Source of the DNA: the human T2T-CHM13v2.0 reference genome, Homo sapiens
Length of the DNA stretch: 64,000 nt
NCBI RefSeq assembly: GCF_009914755.1
Contig: NC_060933.1
Reading direction: 5' to 3' (one strand)
Part shown: positions 28,801 through 43,790 of the stretch, piece after piece
Layout: each line of letters opens with the position of its first letter
Position numbering within the stretch: position 1 is the stretch's first letter
Position numbers and translations under genes: made by a program
The notes under the pieces: generated by a model
Told to the model about the DNA's origin: nothing
Databases searched by the model: none
The model's input: the letters and a program-made list of their open reading frames with translations, nothing else

Positions 28801-29576
28801 GGAATTGAATAGAATCAATCCGAATGTAATGGAATGGAACGGAATGGAATGGAACGCAATGGAATGCAATCAACCCGAGTGCAATCGAATGGATTCGAAT
28901 GGAATGGAATGCAATGGAATGGATTCAACTTGAATGGAATGGAAAGAATGGAATCAACACGAGTGGAATGGCATGGAATGGAATGGAATGGAATGGAATC
29001 AACCCGAGTACAGGGGAATGGAATGGAATGGAATGCAATGGAATGGAATCATCCGTAATGTAATGGAAAGGAATGGAATGGAATGGAATGGAATGGAATG
29101 GAATGGAATCAACTCGATTGCAATCGAATGGAATGGAATGGAATTAACCCGAATAGAATGGAATGGAATGGAATGGAACGGAACGGAATGGAAAGGAATG
29201 GAATGGAATGCAATGGAATGGAATGGAACGGAACGGAATGGAATGGAATGGAATGGAATGGAATGGAATGGAATTGAAAGGAATAAACGCGAGTGCAGGG
29301 GAATGGAATGGAATGGAATGCAATGGAATGGAATCTTCCGGAATGGAATGGAATGGAATGGAATGGAATGGAATGCAATGGATTCAACTCGATTGCAATG
29401 GAATGGAATAGAATGGAATGGAATGGAATGGAATGGAATTAACCTGAATAGAATGGAATGGAATGGAATGGAACGGAACGGAACGTAACGGAATGGAATG
29501 GAATGGAATGGAATGGAATTGTATGGAATGGAATCGAACGGTACGGAATAGAATGGAATGGAAAGAATTGGAATGG
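25881..29576 (+). repeat. ~3.69 kb higher-order repeat, copy 1 of 3
   Basis: Identical ORF translations at 26012/29713/33399, 27596/31297/34983 and 28564/32260/35946. Private markers ATCATAAGG, GGAACGCATTG, ACGAAAAATATCCG and GAATAGCAT each occur once per copy. Confidence 0.93.
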
Positions 29577-32500
29577 AATGGAATGGAATGGAATGGATTC
29601 AAATCGATTGGAATGGAATGGAATGGAATGGAATGGAATCAACTCGATTGCAATGGAATGGAATGGAATGGAATGGAATGGAATGGAATGGAATTAACCC
29701 GAATAGAATGGAATGGAATGGAATGGAACGGAATGTAATGAAATGAAATGGAATGGAATCAACCCGAGTGCAGGGGAATGGAATGGAATGGAATGCAATG
29801 GAATGGAATCATCCGGAATGGAATGGAATGGAATGGAATGGAATGGAATGGAATGGAATCAACTCGATTGCAATGGAATGGAATGGAATGGAAAGGAATG
29901 GAAGGGAATGGAATGGAATGTAATCAACACGAGTGCAGGGGAATGGAATGGAATGGAATGCAATGGAATGGAATCATCCGGAATGGAATGGAATGGAATG
30001 GAATGGAATGGAATGGAATGGAATCAACTCGATTGCAATGGAATGGAATGGAATGGAAAGGAATGGAAGGGAATGGAATGGAATGTAATCAACCGGAGTG
30101 CAGGGGAATGGAATGGAATGGAATGCAATGGAATGGAATCATCCGGAATGGAATGGAATGGAATGGAATGCAATCAACCCGATGCAATGGAATGGAGTGG
30201 AATGGAATGGAATGGAATGGAAACATCCCGAATGGAATGGAATGGAATGGAGTGTAAGGGAATTGAATAGAATCAATCCGAATGTAATGGAATGGAATGG
30301 AATGAAATGGAATGGAATGGAATGGAATGGAATCAACCCGAGTGCAATGGAATGGATTTGAATGGAATGGAATGGAATGGAATGGATTCAACAAGAATGG
30401 AATGGAAAGGAATGGAATCAACCCGAGTGTAATGGCATGGAATGGAATGGAATGGAATGGAATAGAATGGGATGGAATGGAATGGTACGGAATAGAATGG
30501 AATGGAATGGAATGGAATGGAATGGAATGGAATGGAATGGAATGGAATGAACCCGTGTGCAATATAATGGAATGGAATGGAATGGAATAGATTCAACTCG
30601 AATGGAATCAACTCGATTGCAATGGAATGGAATGGAATGGAAAGGAATAGAATGGAATCAACCCGAGTGGAATGGAATGGAAAGGACTGGAATGGAGTGG
30701 AATGGAATGGAATGGAATTAACCCGAATAGAATGGAATGGAATGGAATGGAACGGAATGTAATGGAATGGAATGGAATGGATTCAACCCGAGTGCAGGGG
30801 AATGGAATGGAATGGAATGCAATGAAATGGAATCATCCGGAATGGAATGGAATGGAATGGAATGGAATGGAATGGAATGGAATCAACTCGATTTCAATGG
30901 AATGGAATGGAATAGAATGGAATGGAATTAACACGAATAGAATGGAATGGAATTGAATGGAATGGAATGGAACGGAAAGGAATGGAATGGAATGGAATGG
31001 AATCAACCCAAGTACAGGGGAATGGAATGGAATGGAATTCAATGGAATGGAATCATCCGGAATGTAATGGAATGGAATGGAATGGAATGGAATGGAATGG
31101 AATGGAATGGAATCAACCCGACTGCAGGGGAATGGAATGGAACGGAATGCAATGGAATGGAATCATAAGGAATGGAATGGAATGGAAAGGAATGGAATGG
31201 AATGGTATGGAATGGAATGGAATGATATGGAATGGAATGGAATGGTACGGAATAGAATGGAATGGAACGCATTGTAATGGAATGGAATAGAATGGAATGG
31301 AATGGAATGGAATGGGATCAACGCGAGTGCAGGGGAATGTAATGGAACGGAATGCAATGGAATGGAATCATCCGGAATGGAATGGAATGGAATGGAATGG
31401 AATCAACCCGAGTGCAATGGAATGGAGTGGAATGGAATGGAATGGAATGGAACAACACGAATGGAATGGAATGGAATGGAATGCAATCAACCCGATGCAA
31501 TGGAATGGAGTGGAATGGAATGGAATGGAATGGAAACATCCCGAATGGAATGGAATGGAATGGAGTGTAAAGGAATTGAATAGAATCAATCCGAATGTAA
31601 TGGAATGGAATGGAATGAAATGGAATGGAATGGAATGGAATGGAATGGAATCAACCCGAGTGCAATGGAATGGATTCGAATGGAATGGAATGGAATGGAA
31701 TGGATTCAACAAGAATGGAATGGAAAGGAATGGAATCAACCCGAGTGTAATGGCATGGAATGGAATGGAATGGAATGGAATGGGATGGAATGGAATGGTA
31801 TGGAATAGAATGGAATGGAATGAATTGGAATGGAATGGAATGGAATGGAATCGAATGGAATGGAATGAACCCGTGTGCAAAGTAATGGAATGGAATGGAA
31901 TGGAATGGATTCAACTCGAATGGAATCAACTCGATTGCAATGGAATGGAATGGAATGGAAAGGAATAGAATGGAATCAACCCGATTGGAATGGAATGGAA
32001 AGGACTGGAATGGAGTGGAATGGAATGGAATGGAATTAACCCGAATAGCATGGAATGGAATGGAATGCAACGGAATGTAATGGAATGGAATGGAATGGAT
32101 TCAACCCGAGTGCAGGGGAATGGAATGGAATGGAATGCAATGGAATGGAATCATCCGGAATGGAATGGAATGGAATGGAATGGAATGGAATGGAATCAAC
32201 TCGATTTCAATGGAATGGAATGGAATAGAATGTAATGGAATTAACACGAATAGAATGGAATGGAATTGAATGGAATGGAATGGAACGGAAAGGAATGGAA
32301 TGGAATGGAATGGAATGAACCCAAGTGCAGGGGAATGGAATGGAATGGAATGGAATGGAATGGAAACATCCGGAATGGAATGGAATGCAATGGAATGGAA
32401 TGGAATGGAATCAACCCGAGTGCAATGGAATGGAGAGGAATGGAATGGAATGGAACGAAAAATATCCGAATGGAATGGAATGTAATGGAGTGTAGGGGAA

Positions 32501-33267
32501 TTGAATAGAATCAATCCGAATGTAATGGAATGGAACGGAATGGAATGGAACGCAATGGAATGCAATCAACCCGAGTGCAATCGAATGGATTCGAATGGAA
32601 TGGAATGCAATGGAATGGATTCAACTTGAATGGAATGGAAAGAATGGAATCAACACGAGTGGAATGGCATGGAATGGAATGGAATGGAATGGAATCAACC
32701 CGAGTACAGGGGAATGGAATGGAATGGAATGCAATGGAATGGAATCATCCGTAATGTAATGGAAAGGAATGGAATGGAATGGAATGGAATGGAATGGAAT
32801 GGAATCAACTCGATTGCAATCGAATGGAATGGAATGGAATTAACCCGAATAGAATGGAATGGAATGGAATGGAACGGAACGGAATGGAAAGGAATGGAAT
32901 GGAATGCAATGGAATGGAATGGAACGGAACGGAATGGAATGGAATGGAATGGAATGGAATGGAATTGAAAGGAATAAACGCGAGTGCAGGGGAATGGAAT
33001 GGAATGGAATGCAATGGAATGGAATCTTCCGGAATGGAATGGAATGGAATGGAATGGAATGGAATGCAATGGATTCAACTCGATTGCAATGGAATGGAAT
33101 AGAATGGAATGGAATGGAATGGAATGGAATTAACCTGAATAGAATGGAATGGAATGGAATGGAACGGAACGGAACGTAACGGAATGGAATGGAATGGAAT
33201 GGAATGGAATTGTATGGAATGGAATCGAACGGTACGGAATAGAATGGAATGGAAAGAATTGGAATGG
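29577..33267 (+). repeat. ~3.69 kb higher-order repeat, copy 2 of 3
   Basis: The offset from copy 1 is 3691-3701. The junction GGAAAGAATT(GGAAT)nGGATTCAAATCG occurs at ~29560-29605 and ~33250-33297. Confidence 0.93.
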
Positions 33268-36200
33268 AATGGAATGGAATGGAATGGATTCAAATCGATT
33301 GGAATGGAATGGAATGGAATGGAATGGAATCAACTCGATTGCAATGGAATGGAATGGAATGGAATGGAATGGAATGGAATTAACCCGAATAGAATGGAAT
33401 GGAATGGAATGGAACGGAATGTAATGAAATGAAATGGAATGGAATCAACCCGAGTGCAGGGGAATGGAATGGAATGGAATGCAATGGAATGGAATCATCC
33501 GGAATGGAATGGAATGGAATGGAATGGAATGGAATGGAATGGAATCAACTCGATTGCAATGGAATGGAATGGAATGGAAAGGAATGGAAGGGAATGGAAT
33601 GGAATGTAATCAACACGAGTGCAGGGGAATGGAATGGAATGGAATGCAATGGAATGGAATCATCCGGAATGGAATGGAATGGAATGGAATGGAATGGAAT
33701 GGAATGGAATCAACTCGATTGCAATGGAATGGAATGGAATGGAAAGGAATGGAAGGGAATGGAATGGAATGTAATCAACCGGAGTGCAGGGGAATGGAAT
33801 GGAATGGAATGCAATGGAATGGAATCATCCGGAATGGAATGGAATGGAATGGAATGCAATCAACCCGATGCAATGGAATGGAGTGGAATGGAATGGAATG
33901 GAATGGAAACATCCCGAATGGAATGGAATGGAATGGAGTGTAAGGGAATTGAATAGAATCAATCCGAATGTAATGGAATGGAATGGAATGAAATGGAATG
34001 GAATGGAATGGAATGGAATCAACCCGAGTGCAATGGAATGGATTTGAATGGAATGGAATGGAATGGAATGGATTCAACAAGAATGGAATGGAAAGGAATG
34101 GAATCAACCCGAGTGTAATGGCATGGAATGGAATGGAATGGAATGGAATAGAATGGGATGGAATGGAATGGTACGGAATAGAATGGAATGGAATGGAATG
34201 GAATGGAATGGAATGGAATGGAATGGAATGGAATGAACCCGTGTGCAATATAATGGAATGGAATGGAATGGAATAGATTCAACTCGAATGGAATCAACTC
34301 GATTGCAATGGAATGGAATGGAATGGAAAGGAATAGAATGGAATCAACCCGAGTGGAATGGAATGGAAAGGACTGGAATGGAGTGGAATGGAATGGAATG
34401 GAATTAACCCGAATAGAATGGAATGGAATGGAATGGAACGGAATGTAATGGAATGGAATGGAATGGATTCAACCCGAGTGCAGGGGAATGGAATGGAATG
34501 GAATGCAATGAAATGGAATCATCCGGAATGGAATGGAATGGAATGGAATGGAATGGAATGGAATGGAATCAACTCGATTTCAATGGAATGGAATGGAATA
34601 GAATGGAATGGAATTAACACGAATAGAATGGAATGGAATTGAATGGAATGGAATGGAACGGAAAGGAATGGAATGGAATGGAATGGAATCAACCCAAGTA
34701 CAGGGGAATGGAATGGAATGGAATTCAATGGAATGGAATCATCCGGAATGTAATGGAATGGAATGGAATGGAATGGAATGGAATGGAATGGAATGGAATC
34801 AACCCGACTGCAGGGGAATGGAATGGAACGGAATGCAATGGAATGGAATCATAAGGAATGGAATGGAATGGAAAGGAATGGAATGGAATGGTATGGAATG
34901 GAATGGAATGATATGGAATGGAATGGAATGGTACGGAATAGAATGGAATGGAACGCATTGTAATGGAATGGAATAGAATGGAATGGAATGGAATGGAATG
35001 GGATCAACGCGAGTGCAGGGGAATGTAATGGAACGGAATGCAATGGAATGGAATCATCCGGAATGGAATGGAATGGAATGGAATGGAATCAACCCGAGTG
35101 CAATGGAATGGAGTGGAATGGAATGGAATGGAATGGAACAACACGAATGGAATGGAATGGAATGGAATGCAATCAACCCGATGCAATGGAATGGAGTGGA
35201 ATGGAATGGAATGGAATGGAAACATCCCGAATGGAATGGAATGGAATGGAGTGTAAAGGAATTGAATAGAATCAATCCGAATGTAATGGAATGGAATGGA
35301 ATGAAATGGAATGGAATGGAATGGAATGGAATGGAATCAACCCGAGTGCAATGGAATGGATTCGAATGGAATGGAATGGAATGGAATGGATTCAACAAGA
35401 ATGGAATGGAAAGGAATGGAATCAACCCGAGTGTAATGGCATGGAATGGAATGGAATGGAATGGAATGGGATGGAATGGAATGGTATGGAATAGAATGGA
35501 ATGGAATGAATTGGAATGGAATGGAATGGAATGGAATCGAATGGAATGGAATGAACCCGTGTGCAAAGTAATGGAATGGAATGGAATGGAATGGATTCAA
35601 CTCGAATGGAATCAACTCGATTGCAATGGAATGGAATGGAATGGAAAGGAATAGAATGGAATCAACCCGATTGGAATGGAATGGAAAGGACTGGAATGGA
35701 GTGGAATGGAATGGAATGGAATTAACCCGAATAGCATGGAATGGAATGGAATGCAACGGAATGTAATGGAATGGAATGGAATGGATTCAACCCGAGTGCA
35801 GGGGAATGGAATGGAATGGAATGCAATGGAATGGAATCATCCGGAATGGAATGGAATGGAATGGAATGGAATGGAATGGAATCAACTCGATTTCAATGGA
35901 ATGGAATGGAATAGAATGTAATGGAATTAACACGAATAGAATGGAATGGAATTGAATGGAATGGAATGGAACGGAAAGGAATGGAATGGAATGGAATGGA
36001 ATGAACCCAAGTGCAGGGGAATGGAATGGAATGGAATGGAATGGAATGGAAACATCCGGAATGGAATGGAATGCAATGGAATGGAATGGAATGGAATCAA
36101 CCCGAGTGCAATGGAATGGAGAGGAATGGAATGGAATGGAACGAAAAATATCCGAATGGAATGGAATGTAATGGAGTGTAGGGGAATTGAATAGAATCAA

Positions 36201-36960
36201 TCCGAATGTAATGGAATGGAACGGAATGGAATGGAACGCAATGGAATGCAATCAACCCGAGTGCAATCGAATGGATTCGAATGGAATGGAATGCAATGGA
36301 ATGGATTCAACTTGAATGGAATGGAAAGAATGGAATCAACACGAGTGGAATGGCATGGAATGGAATGGAATGGAATGGAATCAACCCGAGTACAGGGGAA
36401 TGGAATGGAATGGAATGCAATGGAATGGAATCATCCGTAATGTAATGGAAAGGAATGGAATGGAATGGAATGGAATGGAATGGAATGGAATCAACTCGAT
36501 TGCAATCGAATGGAATGGAATGGAATTAACCCGAATAGAATGGAATGGAATGGAATGGAACGGAACGGAATGGAAAGGAATGGAATGGAATGCAATGGAA
36601 TGGAATGGAACGGAACGGAATGGAATGGAATGGAATGGAATGGAATGGAATTGAAAGGAATAAACGCGAGTGCAGGGGAATGGAATGGAATGGAATGCAA
36701 TGGAATGGAATCTTCCGGAATGGAATGGAATGGAATGGAATGGAATGGAATGCAATGGATTCAACTCGATTGCAATGGAATGGAATAGAATGGAATGGAA
36801 TGGAATGGAATGGAATTAACCTGAATAGAATGGAATGGAATGGAATGGAACGGAACGGAACGTAACGGAATGGAATGGAATGGAATGGAATGGAATTGTA
36901 TGGAATGGAATCGAACGGTACGGAATAGAATGGAATGGAAAGAATTGGAATGGAATGGAA
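33268..36960 (+). repeat. ~3.69 kb higher-order repeat, copy 3 of 3
   Basis: Constant offset of 3686 from copy 2 (29713->33399, 32260->35946, 33149->36835). The sequence departs from the unit after ~36975. Confidence 0.93.
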
Positions 36961-36989
36961 TGGAATGGAATGGAATGGAATGGAATGGA

Positions 36990-39170
36990 ATCAACCCGAG
37001 TGCAGGGGAATGTAATGAAACGGAATGCAATGGAATGGAATCATCCGGAATGGAATGTAATGGAATGGAATGGAATGGAATGGAATCAACCCGAGTGCAA
37101 TGGAATGGAGTGGAATGGAATGGAATGGAATGGAACAACCCGAATGGAATGGAATGTAATGGAGAGTAAGGGAGTTGAATAGAATCAATCTTAATGTAAT
37201 GGAATGGAACGGAATGGAATGGAATGGAATGCAATGGAATGGAATCAACCCGAGTACAATGGAATGGAATGGAATGGAATGGAATGGAATGGAATGGAAT
37301 GGAATGGAATGGAATCCACCCGAGTGCAATGGAATGGAGAGGAATGGAATGGAATGGAATGGAAACTACCCGAATGGAATGGAATGTAATGGAGTGTAAG
37401 GGAATTGAATAGAATCAATCCGAATGGAATGGAATGGAATGGAACGGAATGTAATGTAATGGAATGGAATGGAATCAACCCGAGTGCAGGGGAATGGAAT
37501 GGAATGGAATGCAAGGGAATGGAATCATCCGGAATGGAATGTAATGGAATGCAATGGAATGGAATGGAATGGAATCAACCCGAGTGCAATGGAATGGAGT
37601 GAAATGGAATGGAATGGAATGGAAACAACCAGAATGGATTGGAATATAATGGAGTGTAAGGGAATTGAATAGAATCAATCTGAATGTAATGAAATGGAAT
37701 GGAACGGAATGGAATGGAATGGAATGGAATGGAATGGAATGGAATGGAATGCAATGGAATGGAATCAACCCGAGTGCAATCGAATGGAATCGAATGGAAT
37801 GGAATGCAATGGAACGGATTCAACTTGAATGGAATGGAAAGAATGGAATCAACACGAGTGGAATGGCATGGATTGGAATGCAATGGAATGGAATCAACCC
37901 GAGTACAAGGGAATGGAATGGAATGGAATGCAATGGAATTGAATCATCCGTAATGGAATGGAATGGAATGGAATGGAATGGAATGGAATGGAATGGAATC
38001 AACTCGATTGCAATCGAATGGAATGGAATGGAATTAACCCGATTAGAATGGAATGGAAAGGAATGGAACAGAACGGAATGGAATGGAATGGAAAGGAAAG
38101 GAATGGAATGGAATGGAATGGAATGGAATTGAATGGAATGGAATCAACGCGAGTGCAGGGGAATGGAATGGAATGGAATGCAATGGAATGGAATCAACGC
38201 GAATGCAGGGGAATGGAATGGAATGGAATGCAATGGAATGGAATCTTCCGGAATGGAATGCAATGGAATGGAATGGAATGCAATGGATTCAACTCGATTG
38301 CAATGGAATGGAATAGAATGGAATAAAATGGAATGGAAAGGAATGGAATGGAACGGAATGGAATGGAATGGAATGGAATGGAATGGAATAGAATGGAATT
38401 GAATGGAATGGAACGGAACGGAACGGAACGGAATGGAATGGAATGGAATGGAATGGAATGGAATGGAATGGAATTGTATGGAATAGAATGGAATGGTACG
38501 GAATTGAATGGAATGGAAAGAATTGGAATGGAATGGAATGGAATGGAATGAAATCAACCCGAGTGCAGAGGAATGTAATGGATCGGAATGCAATGGAATG
38601 GAATCATCCGGAATTGAATGGAATGGAATGGAATGGAATGGAATGGAATCAACCCCAGTGCAATGGAATGGAGTGGAATGGAATGGAATGGAATGGAACA
38701 ACACGAATGGAATGGAATGTAATGGAGAGTAAGGGAGTTGAATAGAATCAACCCGAATGTAATGGAATGGAAGGGAACGTAATGGAATGGAATGGAGTGC
38801 AATGGAATGGAATCAACCCGAGTACAATGGAATAGAATGGAATGGAATGGAATGGAATGGAATGGAATGGAATGGAATGGAATGGAATCAACCCGAGTGC
38901 AATGGAATGGAGAGGAATGGAATGGAATGGAATGGAAACTATCCGAATGGGATGGAATGTAATGAAGTGTAAGGGAATTGAATAGAAACAATCCGAATGT
39001 AATGGAATGCAATGGAACGGAATGCAATGTAATGGAATGGAATGGAATGGAATGGAATGCAATGGAATGGAATCAACCCGAGTGCAATCGAATGGAATCG
39101 AATTGAATGGAATGCAATGGAATGGATTCAACTTGAATGGAATGGAAAGAATGGAATCAACACGAGTGGA
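36990..39170 (+). repeat. Block duplicated ~7.9-8.0 kb downstream (at ~44930-47090)
   Basis: ORF offsets 37405->45377 and 37665->45637 are both 7972. Shared markers: GGATCGGAAT (~38580/46492), CAACCCCAGT (~38650/46562), GGGATGGAATGTAATGAAGT (~38949/46871). Confidence 0.75.
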
Positions 39171-42124
39171 ATGGCATGGAATGGAATGGAATCAACCCGA
39201 GTACAGGGGAATGGAATGGAATGGAATGCAATGGAATGGAATCATCCGTAATGTAATGGAAAGGAATGGAATGGAATGGAATGGAATGGAATGGAATGGA
39301 ATGGAATGGAATGGAATGGAATCAACTCGATTGCAATCGAATGGAATGGAATGGAATTAACCCGAATAAAATGGAATGGAATGGAACGGAACGGAACGGA
39401 ACGGAATGGAATGGCATGGAATGGAACGGAACGGAACGGAATGGAATGGAATGGAATGGAATGGAATGGAATGGAATCAACGCGAGTGCAGGGGAATGGA
39501 ATGGAATGGATTGCAATTGAATGGAATCTTCCGGAATGGAATGGAATGGAATGGAATGGAATGGAATGGAATGCAATGGATTCAACTCGATTGCAATGGA
39601 ATGGAATAGAATGGAATGGAATGGAATGGAATGGAATGGAATTAACCCGAATAGAATGGAATGGAATGGAACGGAATGGAACGGAACGGAATGGAATGGA
39701 ATGGAATGCAATGGAATGGAATGGAATGGAATGGAATGTTATGGAATGGAATGGAATGGAATGGAATCAACGCGAGTGCAGGGGAATGTAATGGAACGGA
39801 ATGCAATGGAATGGAATCATCCGGAATGGAATGGAATGGAATGGAATCAACCCGAGTGCAATAGAATGGAGTGGAATGGAATGGAATGGAATGGAACAAA
39901 CCGAATGGAATGGAATGTAATGGAGAGTAAGGGAGTTGAATAGAATCAATCCGAATGTAATGGAATGGAATGGAACGGAATGGAATGGAATGGAATGGAA
40001 TGGAATGTGAAGGAATGGAATCAACCCGAGTACAATGGAATGGAATTGCAAGGAATGGAATGGAATGGAATGGAATGGAATGGAATGGAACTGAATGGAT
40101 TGGAATTGAATGGAATGGAATGGCTTCAAACCGAATGGAAGGGAAAGGAATGGAATCAACACGATTGGAATGGAGTGGAATGGAATGGAATAGAATGGAA
40201 TGGAATGGTACAGAATAGAATGGATTTCAACGAAATGGAATGGAATAGAATGGAATGGAATGGAATGGAATGGAATGGAATGGAATTGAATCGTTCCGAG
40301 TGGAATAGGAGGGAATGTATTCGAGGAATCAACCAGAGTGGAATGGAAGGGAATGGAATGGAATGGAAACTAATAGAATGGAATCAACCCGAGTGGAATG
40401 GAATGGAAAGGACTGGAATGGAATGGAATGGAATGGAATGGAATGGAATCAACTCGATTGTAATGGAATGGAATGGAATTGAATGGAATGGAATGGAATT
40501 AACCCGAATACAATGGAATGGAATGGAATGGAACGGAATGGAGTGGAATGGAATGGAATCTACCCGAGTGCAGGGGAATGGAATGGAATGGAATGCAATG
40601 GAATGGAATCATCCGGAATGGAATGGAATGGAATGGAATGCAAAGCAATGGAATCAACTCGATTGCAATGGAATGGAATGGAATGGAAAGGAATAGAATG
40701 GAATCAACCCGAGTGGAATGGAATGGAAAGGACTGGAATGGAGTGGAGTGCAATGGACCGGAATGGAATGGAATCAACTCGATTGGAATGGAGTGGAATG
40801 GAATTTGAATGGAATGGAATGGAATTAACCCGAATAGAATGGAATGGAATGGAATGAAATGGAATGGAATGGAATGGAATTAACGCGAATAGAATGGAAT
40901 GGAATGGAATGGAAAGGAATGGAAGGGAATGGAATGGAATGTAATCAACCCGAGTGCAGGGGAATGGAATGGAATTGAATGCAATGCAATGGAATCATCC
41001 GGAATGGAATGGAATGGAATGGAATGGAATGGAATGGAATGGAATGAACCCGATGTAATGGAATGGAATGGAATGGAATGGAAACATCCCGAATGGAATG
41101 GAATGTAATGGAGTGTAAGGGAATTGAATAGAATCAGTCCGAATGTAATGGAATGGAATGGAATGAAATGGAATGGAATGGAATGGAATGGAATCAAACC
41201 GAGTGCAACGGAATGGATTCGAATGGAATGGAATGGAATGGAAAGGAATAGAATGGAATCAACCCGAGTGGAATGGAATGGAAAGGACTGGAATGGACTG
41301 GAATGGAATGGAATGGAATGGATTCAAATCGATTGGAATGGAATGGAATGGAATGGAATCAACTCGATTGCAATGGAATGGAATGGAATGGAATGGAATG
41401 GAATGGAATGGAATGGAATGGAATGGAATTAACCCGAATAGAATGGAATGGAATGGAATGGAACGGAATGTAATGGAATGAAATGGAATGGAATCAACCC
41501 GAGTGCAGGGGAATGGAATGGAATGGAATGCAATGGAATGGAATAATCCGGAATGGAATGGAATGGAATGTAATGGAATGAAATGGAATGGAATCAACCC
41601 GAGTGCAGGGGAATGGAATGGAATGGAATGCAATGGAATGGAATAATCCGGAATGGAATGGAATGGAATGGAATGGAATGGAATGGAATTGAATGGAATC
41701 AAGTCGATTGCAATGGAATGGAATGGAATGGAAAGGAATGGAAGGGAATGGAATGGAATGTAATCAACACGAGTGCAGGGGAATGGAATGGAATGGAATG
41801 CAATGGAATGGAATCATCCGGAATGGAATGGAATGGAATGGAATGCAATCAACCCGATGCAATGGAATGGAGTGGAATGGAATGGAATGGAATGGAAACA
41901 TCCCGAATGGAATGGAATGGAATGGAGTGTAAAGGAATTGAATAGAATCAATCCGAATGTAATGGAACGGAATGGAATGAAATGGAATTGAATGGAATGG
42001 AATGGAATCAACCCGAGTGCAATGGAATGGATTCGAATGGAATGGAATGGAATGGAATGGATTCAACAAGAATGGAATGGAAAGGAATGGAATCAACCCG
42101 AGTGTAATGGCATGGAATGGAATG

Positions 42125-43790
42125 GAATGGAATGGAATGGGATGGAATGGAATGGTACGGAATAGAATGGAATGGAATGAAATGGAATGGAATGGAATGG
42201 AATGGAATGGAATGGAATGAAATGGAATGGAATGGAATGGAATGGAATGGAATGGAATGGAATGAACCCGTGTGCAATGTAATGGAATGGAATGGAATGG
42301 AATGGATTCAACTCGAATGGAATCAACTCGATTGCAATGGAATGGAATGGAATGGAAAGGAATAGAATGGAATCAACCCGAGTAGAAAGGAATGGAAAGG
42401 ACTGGAATGGAGTGGAATGGAATGGAATGGAATTAACCCGAATAGAATGGAATGGAATGGAATGGAACGGAATGTAATGGAATGGAATGGAATGGATTCA
42501 ACCCGAGTGCAGGGGAATGGAATGGAATGGAATGCAATGGAATGGAATCATCCGGAATGGAATGGAATGGAATGGAATGGAATGCAAAGCAATGGAATCA
42601 ACTCGATTGCAATGGAATGGAATGGAATGGAAAGGAATAGAATGGAATCAACCCGAGTGGAATGGAATGGAAAGGACTGGAATGGACTGGAATGGAATGG
42701 AACGGAATGGAATGGAATCAACTCGATTGGAATGGAGTGGAATTGAATTTGAATGGAATTGAATGGAATTAACCCAAATACAATGGAATGGAATGGAATG
42801 GAATGGAATGGAATGGAATGGAATTAACCCGAATAGAATGGAATGGAATGGAATGGAAAGAAATGGAAGGGAATGGAATGGAATGTAATCAACCCGAGTG
42901 CAGGGGAATGGAATGGAATTGAATGCAATGGAATGGAATCATCCGGAATGGAATGGAATGGAATGGAATGGGATGGAATGGAATGGTACGGAATAGAATG
43001 GAATGGAATGAAATGGAATGGAATGGAATGGAATGGAATGGAATGGAATGAAATGGAATGGAATGGAATGGAATGGAATGGAATGGAATGGAATGAACCC
43101 GTGTGCAATGTAATGGAATGGAATGGAATGGAATGGATTCAACTCGAATGGAATCAACTCGATTGCAATGGAATGGAATGGAATGGAAAGGAATAGAATG
43201 GAATCAACCCGAGTAGAAAGGAATGGAAAGGACTGGAATGGAGTGGAATGGAATGGAATGGAATTAACCCGAATAGAATGGAATGGAATGGAATGGAACG
43301 GAATGTAATGGAATGGAATGGAATGGATTCAACCCGAGTGCAGGGGAATGGAATGGAATGGAATGCAATGGAATGGAATCATCCGGAATGGAATGGAATG
43401 GAATGGAATGGAATGCAAAGCAATGGAATCAACTCGATTGCAATGGAATGGAATGGAATGGAAAGGAATAGAATGGAATCAACCCGAGTGGAATGGAATG
43501 GAAAGGACTGGAATGGACTGGAATGGAATGGAACGGAATGGAATGGAATCAACTCGATTGGAATGGAGTGGAATTGAATTTGAATGGAATTGAATGGAAT
43601 TAACCCAAATACAATGGAATGGAATGGAATGGAATGGAATGGAATGGAATGGAATTAACCCGAATAGAATGGAATGGAATGGAATGGAAAGAAATGGAAG
43701 GGAATGGAATGGAATGTAATCAACCCGAGTGCAGGGGAATGGAATGGAATTGAATGCAATGGAATGGAATCATCCGGAATGGAATGGAAT
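42125..43790 (+). repeat. 831 bp near-perfect tandem duplication
   Basis: ORF pairs 42292/43123, 42417/43248 and 42487/43318 are identical at offset 831. Markers CGAGTAGAAAGG and AACCCAAATACAAT each occur twice. Confidence 0.9.
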
